Positions 37,250 to 47,964 are shown, counted from the first letter of the stretch. The stretch: 64,000 nt of DNA from Gemmatimonadales bacterium (GCA_041602035.1 JBFIHA010000001.1:74941-138940); one strand, 5' to 3'. The notes: generated by a model not told the origin, from the sequence alone. Program-made: numbers and translations.

Positions 37250-38497
37250 TTAATCCCCCACCCATTCCACGACCGTCGACACCCCCATTCCGACGCCCAC
37301 GCATAAGGTCGCGAGGCCGTAGTACGGTCTTGGTGTCTCAGGTGCGCGTCGCTTCATCTCGTGAAGCAGTGTGACGAGGATCCGCGCCCCGGAGCAGCCG
37401 GTGGGATGGCCAAGTGCGATCGCGCCGCCGTTCACGTTTGTGATCTCGGGTTGGAGCCCAAGCCGACGCATGACGCCGAGCGCCTGGGCGGCGAAGGCCT
37501 CGTTCAGCTCCACGAGGCCGATCTGGTCGAGCGTGAGGCCCAGACGCTGGAGCAGCTTTTCGGTGGCCGGTACCGGACCGTAGCCCATCACCCCCGGGTC
37601 CACGCCGGCCACCGCCGAGCCGCGCCAGCGGGCCATGGCTGGGAGGCCGAGTGCTTTGGCCTTCTCGGCGCTCATGAGGAGGAGAGCGGCGGCGCCGTCG
37701 TTGATACCGCTCGAGTTGCCCGCGGTCACCGTCCCGTCATTCCGAAACGCCGGTCGCAGCGATCCGAGTTGCTCCACACTCGTATCCAGTATGCATCGGC
37801 CATTCTCGAGTCGGTAACGGGGATGCTCGTCGGTATCGACCATGATGGGGTTGCCTTTCCGCTGCGGCACCGGGATGGGTACGATCTCGTCCCGGAAGGT
37901 CCCGGCATCGATGGCCGCGACGGCGCGCCGGTGGCTCTCAACCGCGAAGGCATCTTGGTCGGCTCGGGAGATCATCATCTCGTCTGCGATGGCCTCTGCC
38001 GTCTCGCCAAGGCTCACGATTGGGTACCTGGCATGCATGCGCGGGTTGTCGAAACGCCATCCCACGGTGGTATCCCACATCTTCCAATGGCCCACCGGCT
38101 GCCCGCGCTCAGGCTTGGGAATGGCCCAGGGGGCCCGACTCATGCTCTCCACCCCGGCACCCACGAACACGTCGCCTTCGCCGGCGATGATGGCCTTGGC
38201 GGCCTGGTTGACCGCCTCCAGCGCGGACGAGCAGTTCCGGTTGACCGTCACCCCCGGTACCTCGACCGGCCATCCAGCGAGCAGGACGGCCATCCGGGCC
38301 ACATCGCGGTTGTCCTCACCCGCTTGGTTGCCACAGCCGGCATACACGTCGTCGATGAGCGCTGGGTCGAGTCCCACGCGCTCCACCAAGCCCTTCAGGA
38401 CCTCGGCAAGCAGGTCGTCCGGCCGCACGCCGGAGAGGCCGCCGTTGTGCCGTCCAATGGGGGATCGGACGGCGCCGACAATCACGACCTCACGCAC
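37250..38497 (-). CDS. acetyl-CoA C-acyltransferase (thiolase)
   Basis: [10 protein letters not shown] active-site Cys region, [23 protein letters not shown] and CVGVGMG. Confidence 0.95.
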   Translation of the reverse strand: MREVVIVGAVRSPIGRHNGGLSGVRPDDLLAEVLKGLVERVGLDPALIDDVYAGCGNQAGEDNRDVARMAVLLAGWPVEVPGVTVNRNCSSALEAVNQAAKAIIAGEGDVFVGAGVESMSRAPWAIPKPERGQPVGHWKMWDTTVGWRFDNPRMHARYPIVSLGETAEAIADEMMISRADQDAFAVESHRRAVAAIDAGTFRDEIVPIPVPQRKGNPIMVDTDEHPRYRLENGRCILDTSVEQLGSLRPAFRNDGTVTAGNSSGINDGAAALLLMSAEKAKALGLPAMARWRGSAVAGVDPGVMGYGPVPATEKLLQRLGLTLDQIGLVELNEAFAAQALGVMRRLGLQPEITNVNGGAIALGHPTGCSGARILVTLLHEMKRRAPETPRPYYGLATLCVGVGMGVSTVVEWVGD

Positions 38498-38498
38498 G

Positions 38499-39926
38499 CT
38501 ACCGCGCCGCCGCTGCCGCCCGAACGCCGGATCCAGCCCGCTCGGTGCCGTTTTCCAGGTCGGCGATGAACTCTCCGAATCGTTCGGCTACCTGCTGCAG
38601 GCGAGGGTGATGATCCCGTATGAAGCGCTCTGGATCGGGGTCCCGGCGGAATGCTGACAGGACCGCTTCCGCATGTTCGTCGGTCGCGAGATCGAGATAG
38701 CTGGACGAGATTCGGAGCGTGAGGTCCTGGGCTGAATGGAAGGCCGAGCCCGGGAGGGTGGCGATTTCGTACCGGTCGAGCAGATGGAACGCCAAATCCT
38801 CGTCGTTGCGCACGCCGCGAGCCTCCAGTGGCTCGCGCCACTTCTCCAAAGACGGGAAGACGTAAAACGCGCCCGCAGGTTCGGCGCAAGGGACCTTGAG
38901 CCCCTTCATGGTCTCGAAGAGGAAGCGCGTGCGGATACCGTGCATGCGGGTGCAGGTGTCCACGTAGTCGTCGACGTCGGGATCGGTCGAATACGCCACC
39001 TGAGCGGCGTACTGCACCGGGGCCGTGACACAGGTCCAGATACTGGTGGCGATGTTCTCGATCGCTTGACCGAGTGCCCGTCCGCCGTTTTCGCTGGGGA
39101 GGATCGCCACGCCGAACCGCCATCCGCCAAGGCTCAGGTGCTTGCTCAGTCCGCCGAACACGACGGACCCTTCGGGATAGAAGCTCGCGATCGTCACGTG
39201 CGGGGTGGACCCGAACGCCGTGAGCGCGTAGATCTCGTCACTCAGCACCATCAGCTCGTGTTCCCGCGCAAACTCCGCGAGCGTCTCGACCTTGTGCGGT
39301 CGCATCATCGTCCCCGTGGGGTTCTTGGGGCTGTTCACGACGAAGACTTCGGGGTTCCCCCAGTGCTGGCGCGATTCCTGAATCCGGTGCTCGAGCACGT
39401 CCAGCTCCAACTCGTAGTTGGTCTCGGGGCGCGTCGGCACGTAGGTGACGGGCTTCCCCAGGAGATGGGCCTGTGGGGCGTACGACACCCAGGACGGCTG
39501 TGGCAGAATCAGCTCCTCGCCCAATGCCAGTAACGACGCGAAGATCAGGGACTTGCTGCCCGGCCCGACCACGACCTGCTCGGCTGTCACCTCCATGCCG
39601 AACTTCCGCTGATAGAACTCTGCAATGGTGCCGCGCAACTCCGTGATGCCGCGGGCGTGGAGGTAGCTGCGCTTCTGGACGTTCGCCGTCAGTGCCTCGG
39701 CGATCTTTGGGTGAACCGGAAATCGCGACTCGCCGAACGCCAGGTGGTAGACGTTCTTGCCGGCGGCCCACAGATCGCGGACCCGATCGTTGATGGAGAG
39801 GGTTGCCGACGCTTTGAGTCCGCGAACGCCGGCGCGGGAGAATCGAATGGGCTTGAAGCGCTCGACCACCGGTACGCCTCCGTTGGAGGGGCCCTCGCTG
39901 TGAGCTGATAGCGGGCTTCCCGGCAC
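38499..39926 (-). CDS. class I/II pyridoxal-phosphate-dependent aminotransferase
   Basis: NSPKNPTG and LSDEIY motifs, plus [10 protein letters not shown] as the Lys-PLP region. The exact start is uncertain. Confidence 0.9.
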   Translation of the reverse strand: MPGSPLSAHSEGPSNGGVPVVERFKPIRFSRAGVRGLKASATLSINDRVRDLWAAGKNVYHLAFGESRFPVHPKIAEALTANVQKRSYLHARGITELRGTIAEFYQRKFGMEVTAEQVVVGPGSKSLIFASLLALGEELILPQPSWVSYAPQAHLLGKPVTYVPTRPETNYELELDVLEHRIQESRQHWGNPEVFVVNSPKNPTGTMMRPHKVETLAEFAREHELMVLSDEIYALTAFGSTPHVTIASFYPEGSVVFGGLSKHLSLGGWRFGVAILPSENGGRALGQAIENIATSIWTCVTAPVQYAAQVAYSTDPDVDDYVDTCTRMHGIRTRFLFETMKGLKVPCAEPAGAFYVFPSLEKWREPLEARGVRNDEDLAFHLLDRYEIATLPGSAFHSAQDLTLRISSSYLDLATDEHAEAVLSAFRRDPDPERFIRDHHPRLQQVAERFGEFIADLENGTERAGSGVRAAAAAR

Positions 39927-40089
39927 GATAGGAAGCTAGTGGGCCAATACGCAAGTCTCGACGCGGTGCGTCGCGTCCGATCGCCATCGCCGACGGGGGC
40001 GCACCCTGGACGTCCTGACCCCACGTCCGTATTGATAAGGGGTGCGGCGGACGCCAGTTGCTCCCGCCCGGTCGCTCGGGAGGACCGTC

Positions 40090-40896
40090 ATGGCAATCAT
40101 TACCATCACCAGAGGCTCGTATGGCGGTGTCGAGGTCCTGGCACGGCGCCTGGCGGACGATCTCGGGTATCGGCTGTTCTCCCGGGAAGAGGTGCTGGAG
40201 GGGACCGTCCGGGAGTACGGGTTGTTGCAGAGTCAGTTGGAATCGGCCCTGATGCACCGGCCGGGGTTCTTGGAGGGCCGGGGTGTCAAGAAGCTCCACT
40301 ACATCGCCTGTGCCCAGGCCGTGCTCGCGAAGGTGGCCAGGGAGGACAACCTGGTGTACCACGGTGAGGCGGGCCACGTGCTGCTGCGAGGCATCCCGCA
40401 TCACGTGCGCGTTCGGGTCGTGGCCGACATGGAGTTCCGCATTTGCGCCGTGATGGAGCGATGCGAGCTCACACGGGAGAAATCGATCCAGTACATCGCC
40501 GACATGGATCGGGAGCGGAACACCTGGCTCAAGTGGGTGCACGGTGTCGACGCGAACGACCTGTCGACCTACGACCTCGTCGTCAATCTCGAGCGGTTCT
40601 CGATTCCCAGCGCCGCCGTGCTGATCGCGCAGGTCGCCGATCGCGACTTCCGGACCACGCCCGACTCACAACGCATGATGGACGACCTGGCCCTGTCGAG
40701 CGAGCTGCGCGCGCGCGTCGGACTGGAGTCCGGGGTTTCCGGCGAACGGATCGGGATCGACGTGGCCGACGGTGTCGTGACCATCACGACGAACGTCAGG
40801 CACCTGGTGGATGCGACCAAAGTGGAAGAGCTGGCCAGGCAGATGACCGGCGTTCGCGATGTGAAGTCGGACATCGACGCGAGGTGGCGCGAGTAG
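40090..40896 (+). CDS. cytidylate-kinase-like P-loop family protein fused to a C-terminal BON domain
   Basis: The N-terminal ITITRGSYGG is typical of the Cytidylate_kin2 family. The C-terminal VTITTNV...VRDVKSDI is BON-like. Confidence 0.8.
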   Translation: MAIITITRGSYGGVEVLARRLADDLGYRLFSREEVLEGTVREYGLLQSQLESALMHRPGFLEGRGVKKLHYIACAQAVLAKVAREDNLVYHGEAGHVLLRGIPHHVRVRVVADMEFRICAVMERCELTREKSIQYIADMDRERNTWLKWVHGVDANDLSTYDLVVNLERFSIPSAAVLIAQVADRDFRTTPDSQRMMDDLALSSELRARVGLESGVSGERIGIDVADGVVTITTNVRHLVDATKVEELARQMTGVRDVKSDIDARWRE

Positions 40897-41259
40897 CGCG
40901 CCGTCACGGTGCCGCAACGGCTGGCCGACCGGCGTCACCTATTGCACGTTCACGTTTGGCAGGCCGCTGGCCTCGGCCCCCGAGGGGCGGATCCGCACTA
41001 CGGGAAAAGGCAGGATCAACGTACCCGCCCCCGCGTCTGGCGCTCGGGCAGCATCCTGATTACCTTCCTTCCGTTGCACGAACCGCAAGCTGGTATCTTC
41101 TCACCTCCGTGGAACGGTAGCGGCTTAGGATGAACTTCGACGCGCCGTAACCACGTCGTTTCACTCCTCAGGTTCAGACAATCAGACAGCACGGCGTTCC
41201 GGCGACACGGGTGTCGTCGAACAGGCGTGCTACACACACGTGAGGAGTGTCTCCGAACG

Positions 41260-42474
41260 ATGTCATTCAATTCATTGGGCCTCGCGCCCGAACTGCTGCG
41301 GGCCGTCGAGGAAGAGGGATATACGGAGCCCACCCCGGTGCAGCTGGAAGCGATTCCGTTGGGCCTGGAGGGACGCGACGTGGTCGGATCGGCCCAGACC
41401 GGGACCGGCAAGACCGCGGCGTTTCTCTTGCCGATTCTGCAGCGCCTCGGACGCGGCCGGCGCGGCTCACTCCGGGCGCTCGTGTTGGTGCCGACCCGCG
41501 AACTTGCCGAACAGGTCCTGCTCAGTGCCCGTGCCTACGGGCGTCACACCAAGGTCACCTCGGCCGCCGTGTACGGCGGCGTTGGCATGGAGCCGCAGAC
41601 CCGCGCGCTGAAGAAGGGTGTCGATATCGTGATCGCGACGCCCGGACGGCTACTCGACCACATGGGACGCGGTCACGTGGACGCCACGAAGCTCGAGGTC
41701 TTGGTGTTGGACGAGGCGGACCGCATGCTCGACATGGGGTTCGCGCCCGACGTAAACCGTATTCTCGACGCCCTGCCGTCAAAGCGGCAGACCATGCTCT
41801 TTTCGGCAACCATCTCCAGTGACGTGGACCGGCTGGCCCGCCGGGCCATGCAGAACCACGCGGCGGTCGAGATCGGCCGGCGTGCCGAGGCCGCCGAAGG
41901 GGTGGAGCACGTGCTGGTGGCCGTGGACAGACCCCACAAGCGCGGGGCGTTGGCGAAGGTGCTCACCGAGTTTCCCCAGGGGCGCACGCTCGTGTTTACC
42001 CGCACCAAGTTCGGGGCGGACAAGCTCGCCCATCACCTCCGCCGGGAGGGCAACAACGTGGTTGCGCTTCACGGTGGCAAGACCCAGGCGTCGCGCACCA
42101 AGGCGCTCGATCGGTTCAAGAACGGTGGGACCCGCGTGTTGATCGCAACCGATGTCGCTGCCCGCGGGATCGACGTGGACGACATCGTCATGGTGGTGAA
42201 CTACGATGTGCCGCGCGATCCGGAGGTCTACGTTCACCGGGTGGGGCGGACCGCACGAGCCGGCGCACAGGGGATCGCGCTCACGCTGATGTCTCCCGAC
42301 GAGTGGCTCATGATGCGAGATGTGGAGAAGCTGATGGGCCGGACGTTTACGCGTGAGGTCATGCCCGGGTTTGAGCCGGCCGTGGCGCCGATCCAACCTC
42401 GGGATCGGGCCGAACACGTCAAGCCCCAGGGACGCTCGGTGCGGCCCCGTCGAGGGCGAGGGCGCGCCAGGTAG
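41260..42474 (+). CDS. DEAD-box ATP-dependent RNA helicase
   Basis: Q-motif TPVQ, AQTGTGKT, DEAD, SAT and HRVGRTARAG motifs. Basic RG-rich tail. Confidence 0.95.
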   Translation: MSFNSLGLAPELLRAVEEEGYTEPTPVQLEAIPLGLEGRDVVGSAQTGTGKTAAFLLPILQRLGRGRRGSLRALVLVPTRELAEQVLLSARAYGRHTKVTSAAVYGGVGMEPQTRALKKGVDIVIATPGRLLDHMGRGHVDATKLEVLVLDEADRMLDMGFAPDVNRILDALPSKRQTMLFSATISSDVDRLARRAMQNHAAVEIGRRAEAAEGVEHVLVAVDRPHKRGALAKVLTEFPQGRTLVFTRTKFGADKLAHHLRREGNNVVALHGGKTQASRTKALDRFKNGGTRVLIATDVAARGIDVDDIVMVVNYDVPRDPEVYVHRVGRTARAGAQGIALTLMSPDEWLMMRDVEKLMGRTFTREVMPGFEPAVAPIQPRDRAEHVKPQGRSVRPRRGRGRAR

Positions 42475-42503
42475 CCCTCAGCATTTCCGGCTGGGCAGCA
42501 TGC

Positions 42504-42540
42504 CCCGATCGGCTGTCTCAGCCGGTCGGGGCGTTTCTTG
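42504..42540 (+). terminator. intrinsic terminator of the DEAD-box helicase gene, embedded in the 3' end of the convergent topoisomerase IB gene
   Basis: 12-bp stem with one mismatch (42504..42515 / 42519..42530) and a 3-nt loop, then GCGTTTCTTG. Confidence 0.55.
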
Positions 42541-43648
42541 TCGCGGCGCTATTCGACCGCTGGTTGGAATCCAGGTGCAGCAGCTTGAGGACGGCGACCT
42601 CGTTTCGTCGCAGCGCGCCGCGCCGCTGCCGGCGCTTCTGCGAGCGCGGACGCGCCGGCTTCGGCGCCACGAGGCCGTTCTGATAGGCGTCGATCACCCG
42701 CGGGTGCACGTAGTACCTACGGCAGACGGCGCGGGTGTTACCCAGCCGCTCCGCGACGAAGTCGATGGCTTTGACGATGTTGACCTGGATCTCGCGCTGC
42801 GTAGCGGCCGGCCCTATGTCGCGCAACTTGGTCGCCGCGGCGATCGTGCCCGCCCACGTGCGAAAATCCTTGGCGGTGAAGTCCTGCCCGGAAACCTGGC
42901 GCAGATAGGCGTTGATGTCGCCTGAATCGACCTTCTGGCGGCGACCCCGGTCGTCCAGATACTGAAACAACTCCTGGCCCGGGAGCGTCTGGCAGTGCTG
43001 CACGATGTTCGCGATGCGTCGATCGGTGATCGCCACCGATCGCAGCACGCCGCTCTTGCCCCGAAACTCGAACCGCAGCTTCGATCCCGAAACCTCCACA
43101 TGACGCCGGCGCATGGTCGTGAGACCGTAGGAGCGGTTCTCGCGCGCGTACACGTCGCTGCCGATACGGATGAGCGTCTTCTCCAGCAACCGGACGACGG
43201 TGGCCAGCACTTTCTCGCGCGGCAGGCCCTCGCGGGACAAGTCGCGCTCCACTCTCTCGCGGATCGCCGGCAGCACACGACTGAACGCGAGCATGCGGTC
43301 GAACTTGGTCTCGTCCCGAACCTCCCGGTACCGCGGGTGATACCGGTATTGCTTGCGACCCTTCGCGTCGCGCCCCGTGGCCTGGAGATGGCCGTGGGGG
43401 GAAGGGCAGATCCACACGTCCGTCCACGATGGCGGGATGGCGAGCGAACGAATGCGCCGCCGTTCGGCGCGATCGCGGATCGGCGTGCCGTCGAGGCCAA
43501 TGTAGCTGAACCCACGACCCGCGCCCCTGCGCTTGATGCCCGGCTCCGCATCGGAGACGTAGATCAGGCCAGCGGGCGCCGCAGTTCTCGGGCCCTCGGC
43601 GCTCGACGTGGCTCGACCAGCCGTGCCGGAGGACGGGCGTGGACTCAC
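42518..43648 (-). CDS. DNA topoisomerase IB (bacterial poxvirus-like type)
   Basis: LIYVSD, PPSWTDVWI, GRDAKGRKQYRYH and a C-terminal YVHP catalytic Tyr region. The GTG start overlaps the M28 stop. Confidence 0.9.
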   Translation of the reverse strand: MSPRPSSGTAGRATSSAEGPRTAAPAGLIYVSDAEPGIKRRGAGRGFSYIGLDGTPIRDRAERRRIRSLAIPPSWTDVWICPSPHGHLQATGRDAKGRKQYRYHPRYREVRDETKFDRMLAFSRVLPAIRERVERDLSREGLPREKVLATVVRLLEKTLIRIGSDVYARENRSYGLTTMRRRHVEVSGSKLRFEFRGKSGVLRSVAITDRRIANIVQHCQTLPGQELFQYLDDRGRRQKVDSGDINAYLRQVSGQDFTAKDFRTWAGTIAAATKLRDIGPAATQREIQVNIVKAIDFVAERLGNTRAVCRRYYVHPRVIDAYQNGLVAPKPARPRSQKRRQRRGALRRNEVAVLKLLHLDSNQRSNSAATRNAPTG

Positions 43649-44943
43649 TCCAGCCCCCGTGGATCGATGCGGGTCGGCGTGGATACCCCATCCGCGATCG
43701 GCCGCGTGGCCCTCGCGATGGCCCTGATCGTATTGGTCATGTGGTCGAGATCGAGTGTAGCGAGCTCGTCGGTGACGCGATGGTAGTCCTCATCCACGTC
43801 GATCGGCGTGGTACTGATCGAATGTGCCGGCACACCGAACCGCGCGAACGTTGCGTTATCGGACCGGAAGAACAGGTTCTCATCCGGGTAGGGATCGGGG
43901 GTAAACGTGAACTCCTCCGCCGCCGCGGCCTGCACGATCGGGCCGAAATCGGACCGGTCGAATCCCGTGATCCAGGCAACGTTTGGCCCGGCCGCGGCGG
44001 GCTTACCGATCATCTCGACGTTGACCATCGCAACGACGCGGGCCAAGTCGAGTTGCGAGGCGAGATAGCGCGAGCCGTAGCCACCCATTTCCTCCGCCGC
44101 GAACGCGACGAACACCAGGGTGCGGACGGGCTTTCGACGGGACCGGAAGTACCTGGCCAGCTCGATCACGGCCGTCGTGCCCGACGCGTTGTCGTTCGCC
44201 CCGTTGGCGATGGAATCGCCGTCCACGGGCGCTCGGATCCCGATGTGATCGTAGTGTGCGGAATAGAGCACGATCTCGTCGCGCCTGGTGCCCGGGATCA
44301 CGCCGACGACGTTGGCGAGCTGCTCTTCGCGTACCGAGGCCGAGATGTCGATCCGGAACTCGGCGGCGCGATCCACGTCGGTCAACACGAAAACCGTGTT
44401 GGCACCGGTGGAAGGGTCGAGGGTGCGGGATGGACCAGCGGTGAACGCGCGTAGCCGACCGAACAGGCCCTCATGCGAGGAATGCAGCAACACTACCGTG
44501 TTGGTGCCCGGCGCGCGCATCGTGGCGAGGGCCTCCATGGGATCGTCGGTGGGCCCCACCGCGAGGACGGTCACGTCGTCGGCCGCCGTCCACTGCACCA
44601 CGGGGCGCGACACCGTGATCGCCACGCGCTCATTCGCAACCGCACGCCCATTCAGCTCCACGGTCGCCCGATCGACGGTCACCGCGTAGACGGGGAAGCG
44701 CTGCAGATACCCGTCAAGGTCGCCGAACCGGTCCAGGCCGATCGCCGCGAATTCTCCGCTGACGAACTCGGCGGCGCGGTCGGCCGCCGGCGTGAAGGCC
44801 CGGCGGCCCAGCATCGCGTCGGCGCTGAGCGTCGCCACGATGCGCTCGACGCGCTCGAGCGAAATCTCGGGTTCGGCGCTGGAGCACGCGAGGGGGCCGG
44901 CCACGGCGAGCGCCAGGATCAGCACATGGGTCTTGTCGGCCAT
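43645..44943 (-). CDS. M28 family aminopeptidase, lipoprotein
   Basis: Lipobox LAC. SAHYDH, GANDNASG and AAEEMGGYGS zinc-ligand motifs. Confidence 0.9.
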   Translation of the reverse strand: MADKTHVLILALAVAGPLACSSAEPEISLERVERIVATLSADAMLGRRAFTPAADRAAEFVSGEFAAIGLDRFGDLDGYLQRFPVYAVTVDRATVELNGRAVANERVAITVSRPVVQWTAADDVTVLAVGPTDDPMEALATMRAPGTNTVVLLHSSHEGLFGRLRAFTAGPSRTLDPSTGANTVFVLTDVDRAAEFRIDISASVREEQLANVVGVIPGTRRDEIVLYSAHYDHIGIRAPVDGDSIANGANDNASGTTAVIELARYFRSRRKPVRTLVFVAFAAEEMGGYGSRYLASQLDLARVVAMVNVEMIGKPAAAGPNVAWITGFDRSDFGPIVQAAAAEEFTFTPDPYPDENLFFRSDNATFARFGVPAHSISTTPIDVDEDYHRVTDELATLDLDHMTNTIRAIARATRPIADGVSTPTRIDPRGLE

Positions 44944-45131
44944 CGCGAGCTCCCGGCGGTTGCGGGTTCGATCCCCCGGGCGCGGAGCCGATCAGCCCAG
45001 GGCAGTGGGCCAAAGCTAGCTACAGGATCCGCGAGCGGGAGCCTGCCGATGCAAAGGGGCCGACGGAGCGATTGTTCGCTCCATCGGCCCACCTCCGCGA
45101 CGCGATCGTCGTGGACGGTCAGGTCGATCGC

Positions 45132-46760
45132 TTACCGCCGCGCGGTACCGCCACGCTCGGTCAGGGCCTCGAGAAGCCGCTTGAGCGTGGTGGGGGCGAT
45201 CGATGCGCGTGCCGTCACGAACGAATCGCGATACCGCACCGTCCCGACGGCCGTATCGCCTGAGACCTCGACCTGCAGCGTGCCACGCTCCCCATCGGGG
45301 GCGTCGGCAAACGGGATGACCGACAACGAGACCTGCTCTCCGGTCGCGAGCCGCTGGACCACCTGGTAGCTGTCCGGCCCGCGGGCTATGGCGGCGATCT
45401 CGAGATCGGCGATGGCGACGACCGGGTCGCTGGCCGTCGATCGCGGCGTGGCCGCTGCGGCTCGGCTCATCAGCTCGGACGCCGCGGGGAGCGTCGTGGG
45501 GATCGCGATCCGCCCGACGTCCTCAACGGCAGAGCTGATCGGGATGTCGATGGTACCGGGCTGCGCGTTCATGGCCGCCCGCGTTGCGGCGGCCAGCGCC
45601 GACGGGTCGAGCGCCACCGGCACGAGCGGTGCACGTTCCTGCAGCCCGACGGCCGCGGTCGAATCCGAGGCGACTCGGGCGCCGCGGACCGGCGCCTGCA
45701 CCGGTGCCGCAGGCGTCGCTCCGGGCGTGGCCCGCTGCTCGGAGTCCGTGGCCCCAAACGCAGCCACCATCATCAAGGTGCTGCGCGACGGCGTGGCATG
45801 CGGTACGGTCACCCCAGGCTGTTCGGCATCCAACTCGCCGCCAAAGGGTACCGCGCCGAAGGCGAAGAAGCCCACGCCCGCGACCGCCACCGCTGCCGCG
45901 GCGGCGGCGGGATAGACCCACACCGGCCGCGCGCGCCATGAGCGGCGGATCCTGGCCACGAGTCCGAGGCGCGTAACGGCCGGCTGGGGCTGTGTCGGCC
46001 GACGGGCGGCCTCGGGGCGGCGTTCTGGCGCCGCGGGCTCTACGACTGGCGGTTGGGCGGTCCCCCGGGGAGCCGGCTGCCGGAGCTCGGCCATGATGGG
46101 ATCGCGCGCCGGCACTGCGGCCCGGTGTTCCGGCGTCCGTACCGGTGCGGCAGACGCCGTTGGCGCCCGAGCAGCCGGTCGGTGTGTTTCGGCCAGCGGC
46201 GGTCGCGGCGCCGTCGGTGGCATGGCATCGGCGGGGAGCATGATGGCCGGCATTTCGCCGGTGTGGCCCGCCATGTGCTGACCGCGCTCGGCCGTCTCGA
46301 AGAACCGCTCCAGCATCGCCCGGATCTCCGACTCGGGGCGCACGGCCAGCCGTTGAAGCGTGTTCAAGGTCTTCGGGAGTTTGGCCCGCTCGGCATAGTC
46401 GACCAGCACGAGCCGAGTGGGTTCGACGTAGTCATTCTGGAGCAGCTCTCTGGCGAACCGGAGGTGCACGTCGGTCCGGTGGGGAGCGGTACGCAGGATC
46501 TTGAGACACAGGGCGATGACGCTCCGATTCGAACCCTGCTTCGCATACTGCTCGGCGGCCCGTTCGAACATGGCGATGGCACCGAGCTTGTCCCCGCTCT
46601 TGAGCGAGAGGTCGCCGACCTTGACGAACAGGGGCGCCTCCGGCTCGACGGCATCGCACTCGAGTCGTGCGATGATCTCCTCGTACGCATCGAGCGCCGC
46701 TGCCGTCTTTCCTTGTCTTTCGAGTTCGCGTGCCTGCTGTTTGACCGTAGCGATGTTCAC
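45132..46760 (-). CDS. hypothetical single-pass membrane protein: N-terminal TPR-like helical domain, Pro/Ala-rich linker, TM helix, C-terminal extracytoplasmic domain
   Basis: I prefer the GTG at 46760 because it is preceded by GGAGGTG. The ORF could extend to 46814. No catalytic motif recognised. Confidence 0.7.
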   Translation of the reverse strand: MNIATVKQQARELERQGKTAAALDAYEEIIARLECDAVEPEAPLFVKVGDLSLKSGDKLGAIAMFERAAEQYAKQGSNRSVIALCLKILRTAPHRTDVHLRFARELLQNDYVEPTRLVLVDYAERAKLPKTLNTLQRLAVRPESEIRAMLERFFETAERGQHMAGHTGEMPAIMLPADAMPPTAPRPPLAETHRPAARAPTASAAPVRTPEHRAAVPARDPIMAELRQPAPRGTAQPPVVEPAAPERRPEAARRPTQPQPAVTRLGLVARIRRSWRARPVWVYPAAAAAAVAVAGVGFFAFGAVPFGGELDAEQPGVTVPHATPSRSTLMMVAAFGATDSEQRATPGATPAAPVQAPVRGARVASDSTAAVGLQERAPLVPVALDPSALAAATRAAMNAQPGTIDIPISSAVEDVGRIAIPTTLPAASELMSRAAAATPRSTASDPVVAIADLEIAAIARGPDSYQVVQRLATGEQVSLSVIPFADAPDGERGTLQVEVSGDTAVGTVRYRDSFVTARASIAPTTLKRLLEALTERGGTARR

Positions 46761-47052
46761 CGTCCCACCTCCGAAAACCTGAGCGCAAACCCCGTCGGGG
46801 GAGGGCCCCGACACACCATGCGGTCACAGTATCGTGCCTCGGACTGGCCGAGCCAGTGACCCAGAGCACAGTCACCGCTCGAGGGGGGAAATCCCCGCCA
46901 GATCTGGCCGACGGAGCCCGTACATCCGTCCGTTCGAGCGGGGTGGCGCGGGCGGGTCCGTCGGCCCAACTTGACCGGAAGGGCGGGGTTCGGGTCGAGG
47001 AGTTCTCACCGACGGTCGAGTCACCCCGACCGCCGAGGGGCCGGAGCAACGC

Positions 47053-47964
47053 ATGACCGAGCCAGTGCGGAGCAGGATGAGCGGGTCGCGTCCGATGGAG
47101 GCCGACGTGGATGTGTTCGGCCTGACGCATCCCGGGCGCGTCCGTACGGCAAACGAAGACCACTTCCTGATCGCAAGCCTCCACAAGCTCCTGCGGGTGC
47201 AGCAGTCGAGTCTGCCCGAGCAGGAGTATCCCCAGCTGGTGAGCGATTCCCGCGGCTACCTGTTTCTCGTCGCCGATGGGGTCGGCGGCCGACCGGATGG
47301 CCACCTGGCGAGTGAGACCGTGCTCCGGACCATCGCCGATCATGTCACCAACCTCATGGATCTGTACCGGCGCTTGGATCCCGAACGGGAATCCCTCTTT
47401 CTGCGGGAGCTCACCGGGTCGGTTGAACGAAGCCACGCGATCCTCAAGGAACAGGGCGAACGCGATCACGAGGGGCAGGGCCTCGCGACCACCCTGACCA
47501 TGGTGGCCGTCCTATGGCCGCGTGCGTACCTAGTGCAGGTGGGCGACAGCCGGTGCTACCGGCTACGGGGCGGGCGGCTGGAGCGCCTCTCGCGCGACCA
47601 GACCGTGGCACAGGCGCTGGTGGATTCGGGCGCCCTGACCCCGGAGGAGGCGACCCGGTCGCCGTTTCGCAGCGTGCTGGCGAGCGCCGTGGGCGGTCCG
47701 GAAGCGCTCCCCATCACGGCGTCCGACGACGTACGGCGTGACGATGTGATGCTGCTGTGTACGGACGGGCTCACCAAGCACGTGACGGAAGCCGAGATCG
47801 AGCAGGAGCTGCAACGCCTGGAGGCAGCTGAGAAGAGCTGCCATCGGCTGGTCGATCTGGCCCTCGAGCGGGGCGGACGGGACAACATCACCGTGCTAAT
47901 CGGTCGGATGCGGCCCAGAAACAGTCGGGCGTCCGGTGCCCGTCCGACAGCGTCAGCCGAGTGA
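47053..47964 (+). CDS. PP2C-family Ser/Thr protein phosphatase
   Basis: NEDHF, ADGVGG, VGDSR, CTDGL and GGRDNITV motifs. Confidence 0.9.
   Translation: MTEPVRSRMSGSRPMEADVDVFGLTHPGRVRTANEDHFLIASLHKLLRVQQSSLPEQEYPQLVSDSRGYLFLVADGVGGRPDGHLASETVLRTIADHVTNLMDLYRRLDPERESLFLRELTGSVERSHAILKEQGERDHEGQGLATTLTMVAVLWPRAYLVQVGDSRCYRLRGGRLERLSRDQTVAQALVDSGALTPEEATRSPFRSVLASAVGGPEALPITASDDVRRDDVMLLCTDGLTKHVTEAEIEQELQRLEAAEKSCHRLVDLALERGGRDNITVLIGRMRPRNSRASGARPTASAE

Noticed and set aside
44958-44990. tRNA-like T-arm sequence GCGGGTTCGATCCCCCG followed by GGCGCGGA, a possible tRNA gene or att-site remnant.
   Set aside because: The T-stem pairs at only 3 of 5 positions. No matching 5' acceptor strand, D-arm or anticodon arm lies upstream, where the sequence is the start of the M28 CDS. 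No integrase or direct repeat was seen nearby. It is most likely chance or a very degraded relic.
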